DNA of 64,000 nucleotides from Paraspadella gotoi. Its lineage: Eukaryota; Animalia; Chaetognatha. The stretch lies in NCBI GenBank assembly GCA_051294375.1, contig CM119271.1, positions 1,358,721 to 1,422,720 on the forward strand, written 5' to 3'. Below the pieces are notes generated by a model. That model was not told the DNA's origin. It saw only the letters and a list, made by a program, of their open reading frames with translations, and did not search any database. Both the position numbers and the translations under genes were made by a program. Positions 9,761 to 24,522 of the stretch are shown in pieces. Positions within the stretch are counted from its first letter, which is position 1. The number at the start of each line of letters is the position of its first letter.

Positions 9761-11836
9761 ATGTCTCAAAGGGGAGGCCGTCCGCCCTCGAAAAACTGGG
9801 CGGCGGGACTGAGACCCATGACCAAGGATCAGCTCTCCTCCCGGCCGCCACCCTCCGAGATTCCCAAGGGCGTAACTCCAAGCGAAGAGAAGGAGTTTAG
9901 ATTCCTCATGGGTCAAAGCTTCATGGGAGGCGGGCTGGACGGATTGGTGGGCGGCGGGGCCGGGCCGGGCGGCTTTGAACAGTCGCAGGCTGGCCAGCGG
10001 AAGGAAGATCTTCCTCAAGAGGCCGTCGACGACATGTTGTCAACGATTCTGCAAAAAGCGCAAACCGACCTTCTGCACGTTAATCCGGCTCTGGTCGAGC
10101 CGCCACCACTACCGCCGCCGACGCCAAATCAAGGAACGCCAAGCCCATCGTATCCAACCAATTCGCCTTATTTGGATGGATTTTTTTATCCCGGCGCTTC
10201 GGGTTATCCCGTAGCTCCCGGATTTCCCTCCACTTCGTTCTCCGCCCATCCCCCTTTACCCGCCGCTCACTCGTACCCCAATTTCGACCAGTTTGGTCTC
10301 CAGTTTCAAAATCCCCCCAGTACTTCGGCCCCCCTGACTCTTCAATCGCCCTCCCCCGAGTTCGACATTGGCATGTACTCGGTTCCGGCGGCCTCCCCTC
10401 CCACCGAAACCGAAGACAAAGTCGATTCTCCTCCTAAAGACGGAGAGAAAAAGATCCAACGCAAGTGGAGCAACATTTTGAAGCCGCCGGAGGAGGAGAA
10501 GAGCGCCTCCGCATCCTCGGTCTCGCCGAAAGTTCTCTCTTCTCCATCGCCCGCCAGAAACCCGTGGGAGCGCGAATCGAAGGGAGAGTTGGAGAGACAT
10601 TCGGCTTCTCCGGCGAGGGAGTTGGCGGGGGAATCGGCTAGTTTTTCGGAAGTCGCGTCTGATTGCATGATTGGCGCTTCCTCGAGCGAGAGCTTCAAGA
10701 ATATCATGGAATACGACATCGACCCTTTGGAGATGACACCGAGCGGCAAAGAGTTCGTCGATGTTGTCGAAGGCCGTTCATCCAAGTATCCTTTCGAAAG
10801 GACGAATAGAGTTTTGTGTCATCTCTGCCGAGAAAGGCGTCTTCCTTCCAACGCGTTGACTCGCCACTTAGACGGCGACAATCATCGCAAAAACCTCAGG
10901 GACTACGTCTTGGCCCGAGAGTACGATCTCTATGAAAAAAAATCGATAGACCCGTTGTATTCCGCCAAATACCCCGACTTTACCACGTACCTGTTGCGCA
11001 AATATCCCGAACGCACTGAAGAATTTTTTTTAAAGACGCAATATATCGACGATTCCTCACGTTTCGTGAGGAATCGATTCGTTTTAAAACATCCTCCAGT
11101 CAAACTCAAGTTAAAGGAGAAAGGATCGTCGAAAGAATCCAAAACGGAGACGGAATCTAAAAAGAAGAACAAATTAGAATCGACTCCCTGGAAATGTTTG
11201 ATTTGCTTGGAGGAGATGTCCGCGAGAGACGGCGTCAAACATTCTTGCCAAAAGAAAAAGGCGGAGGAGGCGGTGCCGAGCTCGGGAGTCCCGAGATTCA
11301 AACCGCGACGCGTCGTGCCCGAACAATTTGCCGACTTCGAGTCGGTCATTCCACCCGACGCCGTCGACGTTCGTCCCAAGACGGAGATGTGTCAAGAGTT
11401 CGCGCGGTTCAGCATTTGCCAGTATGGGAAAAAGTGCATCTTCGCCCATCGCGAGACGGAACTGCACACGCTCACATATCGGAGGATCAAGAGCGAACTG
11501 TGCAAGATCGAGGGTTGCGTGGCCGTGGGATGCGGACGGGCGCATGGAGAGGATGAATTGGAGGTCATCAAATACAAGACTCAACTGTGTCGCGGATTCG
11601 TCGAGTTTGAAACATGTCAGTACGGGAACAAGTGCCATTTCGCCCATGGGGTCAAGGAAATGCTGTCGCCCTTTGACTCGTTGCCCATCGGGCGGAAGGC
11701 CGCCGAGGCGACGACGTCGACGACGAAGACGACGTCGATGCTGGAGACTCGAATAATTTCCCCCAAGTTGACAGACGAAAGTCCCAGTTGCAAAAAACCA
11801 AAAATCAAGTTGACATTGAAAACTTCGTTCAACTGA
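9761..11836 (+). CDS. CCCH zinc-finger RNA-binding protein (TIS11-type fingers plus a matrin/U1-like finger), single exon
   Basis: Two C-x8-C-x5-C-x3-H fingers with KTEMC/YKTQLC lead-ins flank a compressed third finger. Upstream CHLC...HLDGDNH finger. Pro/Ser-rich N-terminus. Confidence 0.8.
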   Translation: MSQRGGRPPSKNWAAGLRPMTKDQLSSRPPPSEIPKGVTPSEEKEFRFLMGQSFMGGGLDGLVGGGAGPGGFEQSQAGQRKEDLPQEAVDDMLSTILQKAQTDLLHVNPALVEPPPLPPPTPNQGTPSPSYPTNSPYLDGFFYPGASGYPVAPGFPSTSFSAHPPLPAAHSYPNFDQFGLQFQNPPSTSAPLTLQSPSPEFDIGMYSVPAASPPTETEDKVDSPPKDGEKKIQRKWSNILKPPEEEKSASASSVSPKVLSSPSPARNPWERESKGELERHSASPARELAGESASFSEVASDCMIGASSSESFKNIMEYDIDPLEMTPSGKEFVDVVEGRSSKYPFERTNRVLCHLCRERRLPSNALTRHLDGDNHRKNLRDYVLAREYDLYEKKSIDPLYSAKYPDFTTYLLRKYPERTEEFFLKTQYIDDSSRFVRNRFVLKHPPVKLKLKEKGSSKESKTETESKKKNKLESTPWKCLICLEEMSARDGVKHSCQKKKAEEAVPSSGVPRFKPRRVVPEQFADFESVIPPDAVDVRPKTEMCQEFARFSICQYGKKCIFAHRETELHTLTYRRIKSELCKIEGCVAVGCGRAHGEDELEVIKYKTQLCRGFVEFETCQYGNKCHFAHGVKEMLSPFDSLPIGRKAAEATTSTTKTTSMLETRIISPKLTDESPSCKKPKIKLTLKTSFN

Positions 11837-12390
11837 ATGCTTTGCGATGGGACTAGATATTTTTTTTTATTTTATGTATGTATGTATGTATGTATTCTTG
11901 TGTTAAATCCGTTTCTTCGCTTCTATAAATTAAATTAAATATACAAGCGTGATGGAATGATTTGTTATTTTTGCAAGTTGAAATATTAACAGTTAGATCG
12001 GCTATCTAATACCTACAACATAGGTAAAATTTAAAAAAAAGTAATTTTTTAATCGTTGCATCGTTTTTAGAAGGAAAGGATTTTTTTTTTTATAAATAAT
12101 TATTCAACGGATGAAATTTGGTCTTACTTCGAGACCACTCGTTCCGTTCTATATTTAGTTTCGTAGTTTTTTTCTCCTTTACTTTTTTTAAGAAACCCTA
12201 ATGTATCCCTCGCTCGACCGCGGATCCCTCGCCGGCGACCCGCCGCGCTCCGACCGCACGAACCTCTTCTCTTTTGTGAAAACTTGAAGCCGTCGCCCTT
12301 CCTTCCCTCCTCAATATTTCAAAGCCCTCCTCTCACCCATCTTGCGGGTGAGACCGACGAGAACATTCTTTTTTTCTTTCCGGCGCCGCG

Positions 12391-13827
12391 ATGGAATTCC
12401 GCGCAAACGGCGGCGACGCCTCCGCCGCAGGCCCCGCCATCGAGATCATCGAGCCGCTTTGGCAAAAGTGTATCCGGTGCGTGGCGGCTCGCGTCGCTCT
12501 CTACGAGGACGAACTCGTCACCCTCCCCCCGAACATCAAGGAGCGCCTGCTGAAACTGCTCTGCCAGCGAGGCCGGCTCAACAATCGCTTGCTGACGGGC
12601 CTGGTAAACAATCGGACCAAATCCCTCAGCCTCGGCGACTGCCCCATCGACGACGACGGGATCAAGGCTCTTGCGGGATGCGAAAGTCTCCGCCGACTCG
12701 ACCTCAACAGCGACCCTAAGGTAACACGACAAGAAAAACCATATTCCCCATCCGAAACTTTTGTTCAACCTTCGTTTTCCGACCTTAATTATTTCCGACC
12801 TTAATTATGTTGGACATAAACTCTCGTCAACTGACGGAAAACCCCGCTCATCAATTATTTCCGACAAACCCTACAAACCCCCTTCACCTCGATCTAGGGC
12901 TACGCCCATCGGGTCACCTCCGTCGGCATCCAGGCGGTCGCCGGAGCTTGCAAGTATCTGCAGCACGTTGGCCTGCGGCGCTGCCTGGCCGTCGACGACG
13001 ACGCTGTGGTGGCCGTGGCCAACGGCTGCCCACTGCTGCGACGCATCAACCTCTGCGGCGTGTCCAGATTATCCGACGTGGCGTTGGACGCCTTGGGGGC
13101 GCGGTGCTCCCACCTCGAATCCATAGACTTTTCCAACACCAACGGTGCGGGGGCTAGGGGCTATAATTGTACTTGTATGAGAATTGTGCCGATAGATGCG
13201 TGGTTTTTTAAATTCTCCTGCTCTCCCACTCACTCAGTGACCGACTCTGGCGTTCTGTCCATCGCCAACGGCGCCTGTCGTGGAGCCTTGCGCGAGATCC
13301 TCATGTCCAAATGTCCCAACTTGACGGACAACGCCGTCGAGTGCGTCATCTCTCTCTGCCCCATCATCGACATTCTCGTTTTTCACGGTTGCCCCTTGAT
13401 AAGCGAGAGATCCAGGTTCGTAGTTTGACTTTTATTGATTGATGATAATTAAATACTCAAAGAAAATTTTAATAATCAAATCGCCTGTTTTGCGATTGTA
13501 GCAGAGTAATTTTATTGATAACCGATAATGAATTTGTTTGGATGACCGTCTTTCCTATACGATTTGCCGTTTGTTCTCTTGACGACATTAATAAATTCCC
13601 TTCTCACTTACTTTTTCCCCCTTTTCTTCGACAGAGAAGCCTTGGAGGAATTGATGCAGCTTCGCGCGGGCGCCAACGAGGATGGTCAGTCTTTTCACTC
13701 GGGATCTCCTCTTACCGGCGGAGGTTTTCCCTCTTCTCGATTTCCCTTCAATCCCAACGGCCTTCAAGGGCAGGGGGGGTTCGCCAGATCACCAAAGCTG
13801 AAGCAAGTTACTTGGACCATTTATTGA
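12391..13827 (+). CDS. AMN1: AMN1 leucine-rich-repeat protein; 4 exons approx. 12391-12720, 12899-13144, 13238-13415, 13635-13827
   Basis: LPPNIKERLLKLL, Cys-containing LRRs, ILVFHGCPLISERSR and the diagnostic C-terminus KLKQVTWTIY. GT-AG introns. Confidence 0.85.
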
Positions 13828-14795
13828 CTCCGTAACCGTTATAAAATTTGAAACATTAAAAAAGAAAACAACAAAATTATGATAAGACGCCGAAAGTTAC
13901 TTTTATCATTTGTTTAAAAATATGTTTACTAGCTTTTTGTCGGGGGGAGGGGTAAGATTTGTTACATCTTGACATAGCAGCAGTTTTGTATAAATTTACA
14001 ACGTGCAGTGCTAAAACTTAAGTTTTATCAAAAATGTCCCGCATCAACTAGAATTTTTTCCCCCATTATTTTGTATTATTCTCGCGATTTATACAAATCT
14101 TGCACTGAAATACCTCGTTGCCTTCTCATCGTTGAACGTAAGTCGATATATAATGACATACGAATTATGTATATTCTACATAACGAGACGTCTTTTTTTT
14201 TTTTTTGAATGTCCTCCCTCGAGTTTATATTCCAACCTGCAATTCCACTCCAAAGAATGCGAACCGACCGTGAGCCGCGATAAATCGAGAGTCCCCGAGA
14301 CGCGAATTTTCCTTCCCTCTCCTTAATTCTTTATTTTCTTTTCTCTTCTTCCCCTCTCGTAGTTTTCTTCCCCCCCCTCTTTCTTTTCATCTTGATCTTT
14401 CCATTTCCGTCCCTAAAAACGGAGAAACTCGCCTCTCTCTCCCCCTCTCTCTTACCAGTTTCTCTCTTTCCTTACTCCCCCCTCTCCCCCTCTTTTTAAT
14501 TCTCTACAGTAGAATCTGCACAAAGATAAAATACCTGTGATTTATTATTACCCGAACGATCGTAGCCCAGCACTAGGCTTAAAATAAACAAAAAACCAAC
14601 CGAATAATAATTCGTTCAGCTTTGTTTCCAGAACGAATAAAAAAATCGAGTCAAAAAGAGATGGAAGTAAATCAGAATTCCTCTAGTCGACCAACTTTGG
14701 GACTGGGTTTCCTCTGAGACTATGCTTCTCCTCAACGTTGGCGTCGCAACTCCGTCGACAAAGACGACGCCGGGCGCGATGCAGAGGAGTCGGCG

Positions 14796-17457
14796 ATGAC
14801 GAGCAAATTTCAGCGCGCCCTCCACGACCCGCGCTTTCTCTACCTCGTCATGACTCTCTCCAATCTCCTAGTCTTTCTTCTCTCGTTCTTTCTGGTGTCC
14901 GACCACCGAGGGAACGAAGCCTTGAAATCGCTCAGGTCGGCGGGGGGACGGCGGGGGAGGTGGAACAAAATTTGGAGGAAAACGATAAAAAAAAATGTTC
15001 ATAAATTAATTAGTTCATAAGTTACGTATTCTAATTTCAAATAGGGCAAAGATCTTTGGGTGGGGAAAATTAATTGAGCCGAACTCTTTCCTTCCCTTTT
15101 TCTCCACCGCAGGGATTTTTTCTTCTTAAAAGACTTGAACGTGAGCAAGTACAGTCACTTCCCCGACCACGAGCGTCTCCGTTACAAGGAGGAAGCTAAG
15201 CGGATGTTCTACTTTGGCTACGACAACTACATGACCTTTGCCTTCCCCGAGGACGAGCTCGACCCCATCCATTGCCGGGGCAGGGGACCCGATTACTCGA
15301 ACCCTTCCAACATAAACATCAACGACGTTTTAGGCAACTATTGCTTGACGTTGGTGGACAGCCTCTCCACTTTGGCCATCATCGGCAACGAGACGGAGTT
15401 CAAGCGCGCCGTCAAACGCGTCGTCGACGCTGTCCACTTCGATCAGAACACCACCGTCCAAGTTTTCGAAGCCAACATCCGCCTTCTCGGTGCCTTGCTC
15501 TCTACTCACCTCATCATCACCGATAGGGACCAACCTCTGGGTGATCTCACTCCGGAAAGTGGGTGAGAAAAAAAATGATCATTTGATCAATCAATCAATC
15601 AAGCGATCATTGTATTGACCAATCTCTAGTTACGACGGCGACCTCCTTCGCCTCGCCCACGATCTCGCCACCCGCCTTCTCGCTGCCTTCGAGGGTTCAC
15701 CCACCGGCCTTCCCTTCCCGCGCGTAAACCTCCGCGAGGGTGTGCCCGCCGACACCTTCAACAGCACCTGCACGGCGGGAGCAGGTTCGCTGCTCCTCGA
15801 GTTTGGCATCCTCTCGCGTCTCCTACGCGACCCCGTATACGAGGGCGTGGCGCGGCGAGCCATGCGGGCGATACGCCAGCGACGGTCATGTCGGACGGGT
15901 CTGGTGGGAAACGTGGTCGACGTCAAGACTGGCGAATGGATCGGCACCATGAGCGGCGTCGGCGCAGGTCTCTTGTTGTTGTTCACAGTTTTTCGATTGA
16001 AAATAAAAAGTGCGTCGAATTTATTCATTTTGATCGTTAATATTTGTACTTTCATATTCCTATATTATTAGTCTTTGATGATTAAATTAGGTTAAACTAA
16101 TTCTATTCGCCACAGGCCTCGACAGTTACTTCGAGTATCTCCTGAAAGCGTACATTTTGTTTGGTAAGCGATTTCCTTTGTCGACTCGATAGCCTAATCC
16201 AACTAAGAGTTGACGACAGAAAACACCTCACCTTTTCCTTTCTCAGGGGAATACGAAGATTACAAAGCATTCCAAGAAGCCTACGCCTCAATCAAGAAGT
16301 ACGCTAGGAGAGGGAGAGAAAACTGCAACGCCGGTCAAGGCGAGCATCCGCTTTACGTCAATGTGGATATGGACTCTGGACAATTGTCCAATCAGTGGGT
16401 AAAGTTTCCGTGATTAACTTTCAATTCGCGAATCGTAATTAGTAAACTTTTCACGACTCTCCTCTTCCAGGTGGACTCCCTCCAAGCCGCCTTCCCCGCC
16501 GTCCAGGTTCTCGCGGGCGACATCGAGGAGGCGATCTGTAACCACGCCACCCACTACTCCATCTGGCGCAAGTACGGCGCCCTCCCCGAGCGATTCAATT
16601 GGCGTCTCAAGGCTCCCGACGTCTCCTTCTACCCGTTGCGGCCGGAGCTGGTCGAGTCAACTTACTTTCTTTATCAGGCGACGAAAAACCCCTTCTACCT
16701 CCACGTGGGCAAGGTAATGGTAAAGTTCTGTATGAAACCAAATTGTTATTATTATTTCTAATTTGGACACTCAAATAGTTCAAACGAAAACGACGACGAC
16801 GTATACGACGACAAAGTCTTTCTACGTACCTTGCAAGAATGACCTTTATTCAGCCAATGTAAATAAGTAGTTGTTGTTATTTTCTCCGTTATAGCTTTTT
16901 ACCGTTTTTTTTATTCTCAGTCAAAAAACACGACTCAACTTTTTCCAAATATTCGTTATTTGAGTCACCGCACTAATATTATTTATTTTGTTATTATTTT
17001 TACATATTCAAGTCCTATTTTCCTACAGGAAATCGTGGACAGCCTCAATGCCCACGCCAAGACGCACTGCGGTTACGCGACCATCCACGATGTGGCTGAC
17101 AAGTCTCTCGAAGATCGAATGGAGAGTTTTTTCTTGTCGGAGACTTGCAAGTATCTTTACTTGCTCTTCGATAAGGATCACGTCGTCAATCAGAGACAGT
17201 CGGAATTCCTCTTCACCACCGAAGGTCACCTGGTCAGACTGACGGCGCCCCACCGTCGCTTCGGCGCCGCTCCGTTCCATCGCCGGCAGAACTCCGCCGA
17301 GACTGGTGCCGCGGAGAATTCGGACGCCTATGCCTCGTTGTTCGCCCCCAATTCCAGCGCCGTTTCCTGTTCCAATTTCGACGAGGAGCGGAGATACGCA
17401 CTGCCGCTCAAGCCTCATTACTTTAAACAGCTCCAGGCCTTCGTCGGGTTGGAATGA
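14796..17457 (+). CDS. EDEM1: ER degradation-enhancing alpha-mannosidase-like protein 1 (GH47); about 7 exons including a ~47-bp exon near 16116-16163
   Basis: N-terminal TM anchor. Motifs [76 protein letters not shown] and [19 protein letters not shown]. Confidence 0.92.
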
Positions 17458-17908
17458 AAAGCTGGAGAGAGCAGGAGCGGGAGCAGGAGCGAGTTTGACT
17501 TGCTTTTATAAGCTTTTTGCGTTTGACTTAACTGGGATTTTCATTAATATATTTACCATACATTATTCCGATGAAGAGCTCCGGGTTCCTCGTGAGATAG
17601 CGTGTATTTATACCTTACCATATTGATGGTAAGTCTCCTATATTGCCGCTCTTTTTCTGACTAGTCGAAACCTTTTGGAAATTGCCATCATGAACCGTAG
17701 TATTACTTAGAATAGCTTAAAAATTGAAATAAAAAAAACTTACATCAAATTGCCTAACAATCTGTGATTACATTCGTTCATTGAACGATTTTTTTTTCTT
17801 TAACTTTTGTCTTGGTCTCTTATCGACTCCAATTTATTCGTATTTTTTCTTTCATAGCGAAAAAAAAGTTGAAAAATTTTTAAAACTAAATATTAAAAAA
17901 CCAAAAAA

Positions 17909-18373
17909 ATGTCGGATTCGGGCCGAATGCCAGACGATCCAGCGTCGGAGAATTATTCCGCCGCAGCCACCGCATCCGACCCCGCAGTAGCCGAACTCGA
18001 GGTCGACGCGCTCAACGCCGAAGGCAAGAACCTCCGGACGATCCTCTGCAAATTTTGTGCCTCCAAAGTCTTGACTCCCGGCGTTGCGACGCTGCGACGG
18101 AGCGACCCCCGCTTTCTTCCCTCCATGCACCAGAAGAAGCCGACGACGCCAACGCCGGCCGTCGACGAAAACGGACGATTGGCCGGAGAGTCGCTCCGAG
18201 ATTTCTGGCTCGTCACCGACATGTTCCAGTTCGAAAACGTGGGCTTCTCCAATTCCGTCGGCGGCGTCAAGTATTTGATCTGCGCCGATTGCGAGATGGG
18301 ACCCATCGGATTCCACGATACCAAAACTCCTAAAGAGTTTCACGTCGCGCTCGAAAGGGTCGATCATAAATGA
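17909..18373 (+). CDS. RABIF: MSS4/RABIF Rab-interacting factor, single exon
   Basis: CxxC (CKFC), W-x-V-x-DMFQFENVGFS, and KYLICADCEMGPIG. Confidence 0.93.
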   Translation: MSDSGRMPDDPASENYSAAATASDPAVAELEVDALNAEGKNLRTILCKFCASKVLTPGVATLRRSDPRFLPSMHQKKPTTPTPAVDENGRLAGESLRDFWLVTDMFQFENVGFSNSVGGVKYLICADCEMGPIGFHDTKTPKEFHVALERVDHK

Positions 18374-18708
18374 GGAGCGCTGCGCGGGGTGGGCTGGGGA
18401 GGGAGGAGAGTCAGTTTGGAAATAAAATAGTATATAGATAAAAATCAGTTTAGCTTATTTTAGTTTTCTTTTAGTTTTTCTTGTTGATTTCTTTCTGGTA
18501 TTGACAATCTTTGTCTATCGCAAAGGGTTTTCCTATTCGCAAAGGGTCATCCCATTCTACCTGTTGGTCTCGTAAGATTGTTTTTTTGATTTCTCTTCCT
18601 TATATTTTCGATTCCCCTCATCTTTAAGCCTAAACCAAGGAAATAGGGAAAGGCGCCCTGAAAGCTGCGCCTATCTTCCAATCCCCTCTTTCCTCCCCCA
18701 AAAAAACA

Positions 18709-21023
<2,315 letters not shown>

Positions 21024-21336
21024 AGAGAGAGAGAGAGAGTGGAGGAGGATGGAGAAAAACTGATTATAATCGTCTCTGTGATTTCGGTTTAAAGCGCAGT
21101 TGATTGTTTCGTTAATCTTCTTTTATTTCATTTTATTGATTTTTTTTTTTTTTACAGTTTCATTTTTAAATTGGGAGAATCTTCAGCATTCCTTTCCTCC
21201 TGCCTCCTCTTCTGTTTTACTCTCCCGATGAGAGTTAGAAATCTTTCTGTAGAATCCATGACTTGACGCTGTATGCTACACGGTCGCTCTTTTCTTGCCA
21301 TCGTCGTGAATTGATCACTTTTTTTATTACGAAGTT

Positions 21337-22136
21337 ATGGATCTGGCGCAAAACAATCAGGTGAAACTAATTTGTGTAGTAAAATATGCTAAAAAAAGAT
21401 GCGGAAATTAATACTAATAGTAAAAAGTGGGGAAAAAAATCTCTGAAACAAACTTGAAGAAAGCTTATATATAAAAGATTTCCCCGATTGATTTGTGGAG
21501 GCAAAAACGCCCAATAAACTTAGCATTAAGTAAAATTCAATTGAGCCATGCTTATAAGAAAAAAGGGAGAAAATTTCAGCCACTTGGCTACAACAATGAC
21601 AAAATATTTATATAAATCCCTCCTTGTAATCGCGTTATCATTCTCCGACATGTGTTCTCCCTTTCTCTCAGGCCGCTGGCGGCAGCGACGACGATTCCGG
21701 CAAAGACTCGGACGAGGAGGAGGCCCTCGTCGCCAAAGACAAGTTCCTCGAGTTTTTCAATCGGACTCGCGATTATTGGATTTCTTTCGCCCGTAAGGAG
21801 ATGTCCAAGTCCGATGACCACGGCGGCGACGAGGCGCTGGAAGACTACGCCATCGTCCTCGCCGAAGCAGAGTTTATGAAGGAGACGTTGCCGGATTTAA
21901 ACGGCGACGCCGGACAATCCTCTTTACCGCCGTCCTCATCCAACGCCGCCGGCAGCAGCGGAGCCGCCGCGCCCCCGCCGCCTTCCCGCCGCCCACCCGA
22001 GTCACGTCAGCGATCCCTCCCGTCTTCCTCTTCATCTTCTTCGCAGTCCCGACCACCACAGCCGCCTTTACAGCAACGAGTCCACATGCTGCAGCAGCAG
22101 CTTCAAAGAGTCGATCTGGACGAAGGCATTGATTGA
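21337..22136 (+). CDS. Small 2-exon gene (21337-21360, 21672-22136) encoding a stand-alone DUF4110-like module
   Basis: ATG at 21337, CAG|GTGAAA donor and phase-0 acceptor at 21671. Product: MDLAQNNQ-AAGGSDDDSGKDSDEEEALVAKDKFLEFFNRTRDYWISFARKEM...ALEDYAIVLAEAEF, which resembles the KLHDC4 C-terminal domain. Confidence 0.55.
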
Positions 22137-22970
22137 AGGTGGTGGGGATGAGGGCGATGAGGCTTAGAAATCTCTTCTTGAACAAAAAACAACCCCCCCC
22201 CCAAAAAAAAAGCTCAAAAATAATTGAAAATAATTGTTGCCTTTTTTCTTCTCGGTATTTTTTTTTTTAAAGATTGGACTAAGTTGCAATATGTTTTGTT
22301 TCGTTCTGGGATTTGTAATGTGATAAGGAAAATAGTCATCGTCGCCGGTTTTATACCGGTGTCGCCCTGTTTTTTCTCATCTTTTCGGTTTATAGTCATT
22401 GAATTAATATCTTTAGTAATAAATCTCATCATTGTTACAAAGTTTCTTTTTGCATGACATAGCTAACGACATGGTAATACTATATATAGTACATACTACG
22501 TAGCCAATGGATCTCGGGGATCTAACTCTTACGATGAAAAACTACTATGCATTTCTGCACCTCAGGCGACGTTAGCGAACGTATCAATTGATCTTTAATT
22601 TTGCCTCTTTTATTCTCAATCCCTTTGAATTATCTCTATTATACATATCGTCATTGTTTAGTCTCTTGAGAATAACTGATCTCGAATAACAAGACATTTG
22701 TATTTTTTAACGGGTACGACATCATCATCTCCTATTTTTTCTCTCTTTTTCTAATCGGTTTCTTGATCATTCCTTAGGCTTTGGGTTTATTGCAGGAAAA
22801 AAGCTGTCAATGCGATGGCCAGAAGATAATATTTCTTAATTGTTGTCCACGTTTCAAAAAGAAGAGCATAGTTAATGGATTATATAACATTTGAAAAAAA
22901 TGTGTTTGAATCCGATTGGAGATCAGTTTTTGTTGTTACAGACGAAATTGAAACTTGTGATGAGAAGAAA

Positions 22971-24522
22971 ATGACGAGGAAAAGTGCCTTGACCGTGGAT
23001 GACATTCATCGCCTCCTCTTTGCACACGAGGGCGGAAGTCATTTCCCGACGGAAAATGTCAACGAGATCTTGAAATCCCAGATATTTATTGGTAATTGGC
23101 GGCCAAAAAAATACATTTAATAATAATGAGACAGAATACATACTCAAATTGTTATGAGTTAGTGATAAAACCGTTCAATACAAGTAAGCATGATGAGTGG
23201 TATTTTTTGTAGAATGGCCTGTAGTCGGGCATTGAATAGGTTCACCACGCCTATAAGCATGACACTTTCAGTTGTGACCCGGTGGCTCATTGAGTAAAGG
23301 CATCAGCTGATGACCACGAGGTACCGGGTTCAATCCCAACCGGTACCTACCCTGCGGGAAGTGTGAGGATGGCCGTAAGACGCCTTGGGGGTGTGGCAAA
23401 CCCTCAAGCCTGGTTCCAAGCCCAGGACCCGTTCCATGGCTGTTAGAGGGGGTTATAGAAGTTACGGATAGTCATCTTCAGCCCACTTCGCGCCTTATCC
23501 ACAGGATCACCTTGATACGGCAAGGATCGGCTTAATGTTTGTCAGTGGTTCAAAGACAGTTCTGATATAATGATTCATAACCTGCAGCAAATATTCGGGC
23601 AGCCATTAGCACCACCATTTAATTGGCACTAATCAAGCGATCAAGAGCGGGCGTAATATAAAATTACTTAAAACATCTTAAACGGATTAAAAAGATTGAA
23701 ATCTTTTAAAAACTCTAAAAACCTATTATAATAATATTACGTGATCTGCATAAAAGGAAAAGGGGTTAATACAAATTAATACATAATGATAATCAATTAT
23801 CAAGTTACAAATAGGAGATGTTGACAGTTTCAGTGATTCTTCAAAAAATTTAGTCTAACAAGCAGTCCCTGAACTTTGGATCAGGCTGTAACACCGTGTT
23901 ACACTGTAACTTACAGGCGAGTGAAGACTGAAGAGTCCCGTCCCTCTTAACTGCAAAGCGGCCACCGGGCTAGAACCCTGGACCTTTGGGTTGGGAGGTG
24001 AATGACTTTCCTCCTGCACCAATGACCGCTGTAAACCGGTTGGCGGATTTTAAGCCACCAGAATAACGTGTTTAACTTTCAAAATCTCTCTCAGGAAATC
24101 ACCGCGCCGCCTTCGACACTCCGCTTCTTCTCTCACTCGGCGTCACGCACGTTTTGAACGCCGCCCAGGGCGAGGGTGCCTTTCGAGTCGCCACCGACGC
24201 CGATCACTACGCCGACGCCGGACTATCTTTCATGGGCGTGCCAGCTGAGGACGCCGCTTTCTACGATCTCGCCGCCCACTTTGACGAGACGTCCGCCTTC
24301 GTCGATGCGGCTTTACTCCACGGAGGACGGGTCTTCGTCCACTGTCGCGAGGGCTACAGCCGCGCCCCCACGATCGTCACCGCCTTCTTGATGAAGAGGC
24401 GAGGGATGAGCCTCGTGGAGGCATTGGGGAAGATCAACGAGCGGAGGAAAGTCTGTCCCAACTCTGGGTTTTTGGAGCAGCTCATCGAATTGGATCAAGA
24501 ACTGAAAAATGACAGAGAGTAG
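22971..24522 (+). CDS. DUSP3: Atypical dual-specificity phosphatase, DUSP3/VHR-like; exons 22971-23091 and 24095-24522
   Basis: Phase-1 splice gives QIFIG-NHRAAF...LGVTHVLNAA. Catalytic loop VHCREGYSRAPT and CPNSGFLEQL. Start codon uncertain. Confidence 0.8.
23276..23560 (+). mobile_element. tRNA-derived SINE-like sequence in the DUSP intron (3' end approximate)
   Basis: Pol III A-box-like TGGCTCATTGAG and B-box GGTTCAATCCC (23327-23337) with tRNA spacing, followed by a GC-rich non-tRNA body in an AT-rich intron. Only one copy in the window. Confidence 0.5.
23859..24051 (-). mobile_element. tRNA(Gly)-like SINE family, copy 1
   Basis: Clearly similar to 61411-61582. The minus strand has an A-box-like TGGTGCAGGAGG and B-box-like GGTTCTAGCCC, plus body hairpins (CCTGA..TCAGG; TGTAACA..TGTTACA). 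Confidence 0.65.

Noticed and set aside
23303-23345. CTGATGA as a possible fourth hammerhead ribozyme
   Set aside because: No stem II followed by GAAA and no NUH site. It falls in the anticodon-like part of a tRNA-derived head.
23276-23350. Functional tRNA gene (also the heads near 23960-24030 and 61490-61562)
   Set aside because: A and B boxes are present, but acceptor and anticodon stems pair poorly and non-tRNA bodies follow, so SINE heads fit better. tRNAscan-SE would settle it.
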